A stretch of 64,000 nt of DNA, taken from contig OX597820.1 in assembly GCA_951406725.2 (NCBI GenBank), positions 19,964,001 through 20,028,000 of the forward strand. Direction: 5' to 3'. Source of the stretch: Octopus vulgaris. Lineage: Eukaryota. How positions within the stretch are numbered: the first letter of the stretch is position 1; each line of letters opens with the position of its first letter. The notes beneath the pieces were generated by a model. The model saw only the letters and a program-made list of their open reading frames with translations, was not told the DNA's origin and did no database searches. Of this stretch, positions 55,831 through 64,000 are shown piece by piece. The position numbers and the translations under genes were made by a program.

Positions 55831-58800
55831 GTATCACATAAAAAGCACTGGTAGCATGTAAAAAGCATTGGTGCTGGTTCCACATGAAAAATACTGATAC
55901 TGGTGCCATTTTAAAAGCACTGGTGATGGTGCCACATAAAAAGTACTGATGATGCCACATAAAAAGTACTGGTGATGGTGTCACATAAAAAGTACTGATG
56001 ATGCCACATAAAAAGTACTGGTGATGGTGCCACATAAAAAGTACTGATGATGCCACATAAAAAGTACTGGTGATGGTGCCACATAAAAAGTACTGATGAT
56101 GCCACATAAAAAGTACTGGTGATGGTGCCACATAAAAAGTACTGGTGATGGTGCCACATAAAAAGTACTGATGATGCCACATAAAAAGTACTGGTGATGG
56201 TGTCACATAAAAAGTACTGATGATGGTGCCACATAAAAAGTACTGATGATGCCACATAAAAAGTACTGGTGATGGTGTCACATAAAAAGTACTGGTGATG
56301 GTGCCACATAAAACGTACTGGTGATGGTGCCACATAAAAAGTACTGCCACATGATGGTGCCACATAAAAAGTACTGATGATGCCACATAAAAAGTACTGG
56401 TGATGGTGTCACATAAAAAGTACTGATGATGCCACACTGATGTGCCACATAAAAAGTACTGGTGATGGTGCCACATAAAAAGTACTGATGATGCCACATA
56501 AAAAGTACTGGTGATGGTGTCACATGATGATGTGCCACATAAAAAGTACTGATGGTGCACACATAAAAAAGTACGATGGTGATGGTGCCACATAAAAAAG
56601 TACTGATGATGCACATAAAAAGTACTGGTGATGGTGTCACATAAAAAGTACTGATGATGTGCCACATAAAAAAGTACTGATGATGCCACATAAAAAGTAC
56701 TGGTGATAAAAGCACATAAAAAGTACTGATGATAACATAAAAAAGTACTGGTGATGGTGCCACATAAAAAGTACTGATGGTGCCACATAAAAAGTACTGG
56801 TGATGGTGCCACATAAAAAGTACTGGTGATGGTGTCACATAAAAAGTACTGATGATGCCACATAAAAAGTACTGGTGATGGTGCCACATAAAAAAGTGCA
56901 CTGATGATGGTGCCACATAAAAAGTACTGGTGATGGTGTGTACTGATGATGCCACATAAAAAGTACTGGTGATGGTGCCACATAAAAAGTACTGATGATG
57001 CCACATAAAAAAGTACTGGTGATGGTGTCACATAAAAAGTACTGATGATGCCACATAAAAAGTACTGGTGATGGTGCACATAAAAGTACTGATGATGCCA
57101 CATAAAAAGTACTGGTGATGGTGCCACATAAAAAGTACTGGTGATGATGCCACATAAAAAGTAGTGGTGATAGTGCCACATAAAAAGTACTGGTGATGGT
57201 GCCACATAAAAGGTACTAGTGATGGTGTCACATAAAAAGTACTGATGATGCCACATAAAAAGTACTGGTGATGGTGTCACATAAAAAGTACTGATGATGC
57301 CACATAAAAAGTACTGGTGATGGTGTCACATAAAAAGTACTGATGATGCCACATAAAAAGTACTGGTGATGGTGCCACATAAAAAGTACTGATGATGCCA
57401 CATAAAAAGTACTGGTGATGGTGCCACATAAAAAGTACTGATGATGCCACATAAAAAGTACTGGTGATGGTGCCACATAAAAAGTACTGGTGATGGTGTC
57501 ATATAGAAACACTGGTGATGGTGCCACATAAAAAGTACTGGTGATGGTGTCACATAAAAAGTACTGGTGATGGTGTCACATAAAAAGTACTGGTGATGGT
57601 GTCACATAAAAAGTACTGGTGATGGTGTCACATAAAAAGTACTGATGATGCCACATAAAAAGTACTGGTGATGGTGTCACATAAAAAGTACTGATGATGC
57701 CACATAAAAAGTACTGGTGATGGTGTCACATGCCACATAAAAAGTACTGTGATGTGCACATGATGATGCCACATAAAAAGTACTGGTGATGGTGCCACAT
57801 AAAAAGTACTGATGATGCCACATAAAAAGTACTGGTGATGGTGCCACATAAAAAGTACTGATGATGCCACATAAAAGTACTGGTGATGGTGTCACATAAA
57901 AAAAGTACTGATGATGCCACATAAAAAGTACTGGTGATGGTGTCACATAAAAAGTACTGATGATGATGCCACATAAAAAGTACTGGATGATGGTGTCACA
58001 TAAAAAGTACTGATGATGCCACATAAAAAGTACTGGTGATGGTGCCACATAAAAAGTACTGATGATGCCACATAAAAAGTACTGGTGATGGTGCCACATA
58101 AAAAGTACTGATGATGCCACATAAAAAGTACTGGTGATGGTGTCACATAAAAAGTACTGATGATGCCACATAAAAAGTACTGGTGATGGTGTCACATAAA
58201 AAGTACTGATGATGCCACATAAAAAAGTACTGGTGATGGTGTCACATAAAAAGTACTGATGATGCCACATAAAAAGTACTGGTGATGGTGTCACATAAAA
58301 AGTACTGATGATGCCACATAAAAAGTACTGGTGATGGTGTCACATCACATAAAAAGTACTGATGATGCCACATAAAAAGTACTGGTGATGGTGTCACATA
58401 AAAAGTACTGATGATGCCACATAAAAAGTACTGATGATACATAAAAAGTACTGGTGATGGTGATGCCACACATAAAAAGTACTGATGATGCCACATAAAA
58501 AGTACTGGTGATGGTGTCACATAAAAAGTACTGATGATGCCACATAAAAAGTACTGGTGATGGTGCCACATAAAAAGTACTGATGATGCCACATAAAAAG
58601 TACTGGTGATGGTGTCACATAAAAAGTACTGATGATGCCACATAAAAAAGTACTGGTGTGATGGATGTCACATAAAAAGTACTGATGATGCCACATAAAA
58701 AGTACTGGTGATGGTGTCACATAAAAAGTACTGATGATGCCACATAAAAAGTACTGGTGATGGTGTCACATAAAAAGTACTGATGATGCCACATAAAAAG

Positions 58801-61800
58801 TACTGGTGATGGTGTCACATAAAAAGTACTGATGATGCCACATAAAAAGTACTGGTGATGGTGCCACATAAAAGTACTGATGATGCCACATAAAAAGTAC
58901 TGGTGATGGTGCCACATAAAAAGTACTGATGATGCCACATAAAAATAGTACTGGTGATGGTGCCACATAAAAAGTACTGATGATGCCACATAAAAAGTAC
59001 TGGTGATGGTGTCACATAAAAAGTACTGATGATGCCACATAAAAAGTACTGGTGATGGTGTCACATAAAAAGTACTGATGATGCCACATAAAAAGTACTG
59101 GTGATGGTGTCACATAAAAAGTACTGATGATGCCACATAAAAAGTACTGGTGATGGTGCCACATAAAAAGTACTGATGATGCCACATAAAAAGTACTGGT
59201 GATGGTGCCACATAAAAAGTACTGGTGATGGTGTCACAAAAAGTACTGGTGATGGTGCCACATAAAAAGTACTGATGATGCCACATAAAAAGTACTGGTG
59301 ATGGTGTCACATCACATAAAAAGTACTGATGATGCCACATAAAAGTACTGGTGATGGTGTCACATAAAAAGTACTGATGATGCCACATAAAAAGTACTGG
59401 TGATGGTGTCACATAAAAAGTACTGATGATGCCACATAAAAAGTACTGGTGATGGTGTCACATAAAAAAGTACTGATGATGCCACATAAAAAGTACTGGT
59501 GATGGTGTCACATAAAAAGTACTGATGATGCCACATAAAAAGTACTGGTGATGGTGTCACATAAAAAGTACTGATGATGCCACATAAAAAGTACTGGTGA
59601 TGGTGTCACATAAAAAGTACTGATGATGCCACATAAAAAGTACTGGTGATGGTGTCACATAAAAAGTACTGATGATGCCATATAAAAAGTACTGGTGATG
59701 GTGCCACGTAAAAAGTACTGATGATGCCACATAAAAAGTACTGGTGATGGTGTCACATAAAAAGTACTGATGATGCCACATAAAAAGTACTGATGATGGC
59801 CTACATAAAAAGTACTGATGGTGCCACATAAAAAGTACTGGTGATGGTGCCACATAAAAAGTACTGATGATGCCACATAAATAGTACTGGTGATGGTGCC
59901 ACATAAAAAGTACTGATGATGCCACATAAAAAGTACTGGTGATGGTGCCACATAAAAAGTACTGATGATGCCACATAAAAAGTACTGGTGATGGTGTCAC
60001 ATAAAAAGTACTGATGATGCCACATAAAAAGTACTGGTGATGGTGTCACATAAAAAGTACTGATGATGCCACATAAAAAGTACTGGTGATGGTGTCACAT
60101 AAAAAGTACTGATGATGCCACATAAAAAGTACTGGTGATGGTGTCACATAAAAAGTACTGATGATGGTGCCACATAAAAAGTACTGATGATGCCACATAA
60201 AAAGTACTGGTGATGGTGCCACATAAAAGTACTGATGATGCCACATAAAAAGTACTGGTGATGGTGTCACACAAAAGTACTGATGATGCCACATAAAAAG
60301 TACTGGTGATGGTGTCACATAAAAAGTACTGATGATGCCACATAAAAAGTACTGGTGATGGTGTCACATAAAAAGTACTGATGATGCCACATAAAAAGTA
60401 CTGGTGATGGTGTCACATAAAAAGTACTGATGATGCCACATAAAAAGTACTGGTGATGGTGTCACATAAAAAGTACTGATGATGCCACATAAAAAGTACT
60501 GGTGATGGTGTCACATAAAAAGTACTGATGATGCCACATAAAAAGTACTGGTGATGGTGTCACATAAAAAGTACTGATGATTCCACATAAAAAGTACTGG
60601 TGATGGTGTCACATAAAAAAGTACTGATGATGCCACATAAAAAGTACTGGTGATGGTGTCACATAAAAAGTACTGATGATGCCACATAAAAAGTACTGGT
60701 GATGGTGTCACATAAAAAGTACTGATGATGCCACATAAAAAGTACTGGTGATGGTGTCACATAAAAAGTACTGATGATGCCACATAAAAAGTACTGGTGA
60801 TGGTGTCACATAAAAAGTACTGATGATGCCACATAAAAAGTACTGGTGATGGTGCCACATAAAAAGTACTGATGATGCCACATAAAAAGTACTGGTGATG
60901 GTGTCACATAAAAAGTACTGGTGATGGTGTCACATAAAAAGTACTGGTGATGGTGTCACATAAAAAGTACTGATGATCCCACATAAAAAGTACTGGTGAT
61001 GGTGTCACATAAAAAGTACTGGTGATGGTGTCACATAAAAAGTACTGGTGATGGTGTCACATAAAAAGTACTGATGATGCCACATAAAAAGTACTGGTGA
61101 TGGTGTCACATAAAAAGTACTGATGATGCCACATAAAAAGTACTGGTGATGGTGTCACATAAAAAGTACTGATGATGCCACATAAAAAGTACTGGTGATG
61201 GTGTCACATAAAAAGTACTGATGATGCCACATAAAAAGTACTGGTGATGGTGTCACATAAAAAGTACTGATGATGCCACATAAAAAGTACTGGTGATGGT
61301 GTCACATAAAAAGTACTGATGATGCCACATAAAAAGTACTGGTGATGGTGTCACATAAAAAGTACTGATGATGCCACATAAAAAGTACTGGTGATGGTGC
61401 CAATAAAAAGTACTGATGATGCCACATAAAAAGTACTGGTGATGGTGTCACATAAAAAGTACTGATGATGCCACATAAAAAGTACTGGTGATGGTGTCAC
61501 ATAAAAAAGTACTGATGATGCCACATAAAAAGTACTGGTGATGGTGTCACATAAAAAGTACTGATGATGCCACATAAAAAGTACTGGTGATGGTGTCACA
61601 TAAAAAGTACTGATGATGCCACATAAAAAGTACTGGTGATGGTGTCACATAAAAAGTACTGATGATGCCACATAAAAAGTACTGGTGATGGTGTCACATA
61701 AAAAGTACTGATGATGCCACATAAAAAGTACTGGTGATGGTGTCACATAAAAAGTACTGATGATGCCACATAAAAAGTACTGGTGATGGTGTCACATAAA

Positions 61801-64000
61801 AAGTACTGATGATGCCACATAAAAAGTACTGGTGATGGTGCCACATAAAAAGTACTGATGATGCCACATAAAAAGTACTGGTGATGGTGCTACATAAAAA
61901 GTACTGATGATGCCACATAAAAAGTACTGGTGATGGTGTCACATAAAAAGTACTGATGATGCCACATAAAAGTACTGGTGATGGTGCCACATAAAAAGTA
62001 CTGGTGATGGTGTCACATAAAAAGTACTGGTGATGGTGCCACATAAAAAGTACTGATGATGCCACATAAAAAAGTACTGGTGATGGTGCCACATAAAAAG
62101 TACTGATGATGCCACATAAAAGTACTGGTGATGGTGTCACATAAAAAGTACTGATGATGCCACATAAAAGGTACTGGTGATGGTGTCACATAAAAAGTAC
62201 TGATGATGCCACATAAAAAGTACTGGTGATGGTGTCACATAAAAAGTACTGATGATGCCACATAAAAAGTACTGGTGATGGTGTCACATAAAAAGTACTG
62301 ATGATGCCACATAAAAAGTACTGGTGATGGTGTCACATAAAAAGTACTGATGATGCCACATAAAAAGTACTGGTGATGGTGTCACATAAAAAGTACTGAT
62401 GATGCCACATAAAAAGTACTGGTGATGGTGTCACATAAAAAGTACTGATGATGCCACATAAAAAGTACTGGTGATGGTGTCACATAAAAAGTACTGATGA
62501 TGCCACATAAAAAGTACTGGTGATGGTGTCACATAAAAAGTACTGATGATGCCACATAAAAAGTACTGGTGATGGTGCCACGTAAAAAGTACTGATGATG
62601 CCACATAAAAAGTACTGGTGATGGTGTCACATAAAAAGTACTGATGATGCCACATAAAAAAGTACTGGTGATGGTGTCACATAAAAAGTACTGATGATGC
62701 CACATAAAAAGTACTGGTGATGGTGTCACATAAAAAGTACTGATGATGCCACATAAAAAGTACTGGTGATGGTGTCACATAAAAGTACTGATGATGCCAC
62801 ATAAAAAGTACTGGTGATGGTGTCACATAAAAAGTACTGATGGATGCCACATAAAAAGTACTGGTGATGGTGTCACATAAAAAGTACTGATGATGCCACA
62901 TAAAAAGTACTGGTGATGGTGTCACATAAAAAGTACTGATGATGCCACATAAAAAGTACTGGTGATGGTGTCACATAAAAATCTTCTGATGATGCCACAT
63001 AAAAAGTACTGGTGATGGTGCCACATAAAAAGTACTGATGATGCCACATAAAAAGTACTGGTGATGGTGTCACATAAAAAGTACTGATGATGCCACATAA
63101 AAAGTACTGGTGATGGTGTCACATAAAAAGTACTGATGATGCCACATAAAAGTACTGGTGATGGTGCCACATAAAAAGTACTGATGATGCCACATAAAAA
63201 GTACTGGTGATGGTGTCACATAAAAAGTACTGATGATGCCACATAAAAAGTACTGGTGATGGTGTCACATAAAAAGTACTGATGATGCCACATAAAAAGT
63301 ACTGGTGATGGTGTCACATAAAAAGTACTGATGATGCCACATAAAAAGTACTGGTGATGGTGTCACATAAAAAGTACTGATGATGCCACATAAAAAGTAC
63401 TGGTGATGGTGTCACATAAAAAGTACTGATGATGCCACATAAAATGTACTGGTGATGGTGTCACATAAAAAGTACTGATGATGCCACATAAAAAGTACTG
63501 GTGATGGTGCCACATAAAAAGTACTGATGATGCCACATAAAAAGTACTGGTGATGGTGTCACATAAAAAGTACTGATGATGCCACATAAAAAGTACTGGT
63601 GATGGTGTCACATAAAAAGTACTGATGATGCCACATAAAAAGTACTGGTGATGGTGTCACATAAAAAGTACTGATGATGCCACATAAAAAGTACTGGTGA
63701 TGGTGTCACATAAAAAGTACTGGTGATGGTGTCACATAAAAAGTACTGGTGATGGTGTCACATAAAAAGTACTGGTGATGGTGTCACATAAAAAGTACTG
63801 GTGATGGCCCACATAAAAAGTACTGGTGATGGTGTCACATAAAAGTACTGGTGATGGTGTCACATATAATTACTGGTGATGGTGTCAGATAAAAAGTACT
63901 GGTCATGGTGCCACATAAAAAGTACTGGTGATGGTGCCACATAAAACGTACTGTTGATGGTGTCACATAAAAAGTACTGGTGATGGTGCCACAAAAATAG
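55831..64000. repeat. Intronic satellite: alternating 26-bp (GTACTGGTGATGGTGYCACATAAAAA) and 23-bp (GTACTGATGATGCCACATAAAAA) monomers forming a 49-bp dimer; continues past the window end
   Basis: Direct reading; ~8.2 kb, about 330 monomers by length. Confidence 0.98.

Noticed and set aside
55517-63611. 587-aa and many shorter His/Phe-rich ORFs
   Set aside because: Translations of the satellite; frames open and close with the GTGCCAC/GTGTCAC variant and indels.
55918-64000. CRISPR array or C/D snoRNA cluster (23-26-bp repeats, TGATGA/CTGA)
   Set aside because: No unique spacers, no cas genes, eukaryotic intron; the C- and D-like motifs overlap with no guide region.
55918-64000. 3x49 = 147 bp nucleosome-length periodicity
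   Set aside because: No trimer-level sequence periodicity is visible and A-tract spacing (23/26) is not helical; probably numerical coincidence.

Overview
AT-rich, repeat-dense eukaryotic DNA. The SINE/LINE/microsatellite landscape suggests an octopus (inferred, not proven). The whole window lies inside one minus-strand gene for a large extracellular multi-MAM-domain protein (MALRD/MLRP-like, but no LDLa module is seen here). I traced 19 GT-AG exons with consistent phases, giving about 910 aa in a repeating (MAM)x3 + Pro/Thr-linker pattern; the gene is truncated at both window edges. Two homologous 138-nt phase-1/1 exons compete for the same MAM N-terminal slot, but a 100-N gap lies between them. 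The introns hold two mariner transposons, nested hAT and Helitron elements, RTE-LINE 3' ends, several tRNA-SINE families and many fold-back palindromes. Several minimal type-I hammerhead-ribozyme folds of the Penelope/retrozyme kind are also present, one fully canonical at 25596-25696. The last ~8.2 kb is an intronic 26+23-bp satellite that appears to derive from a LINE 3'-UTR motif.
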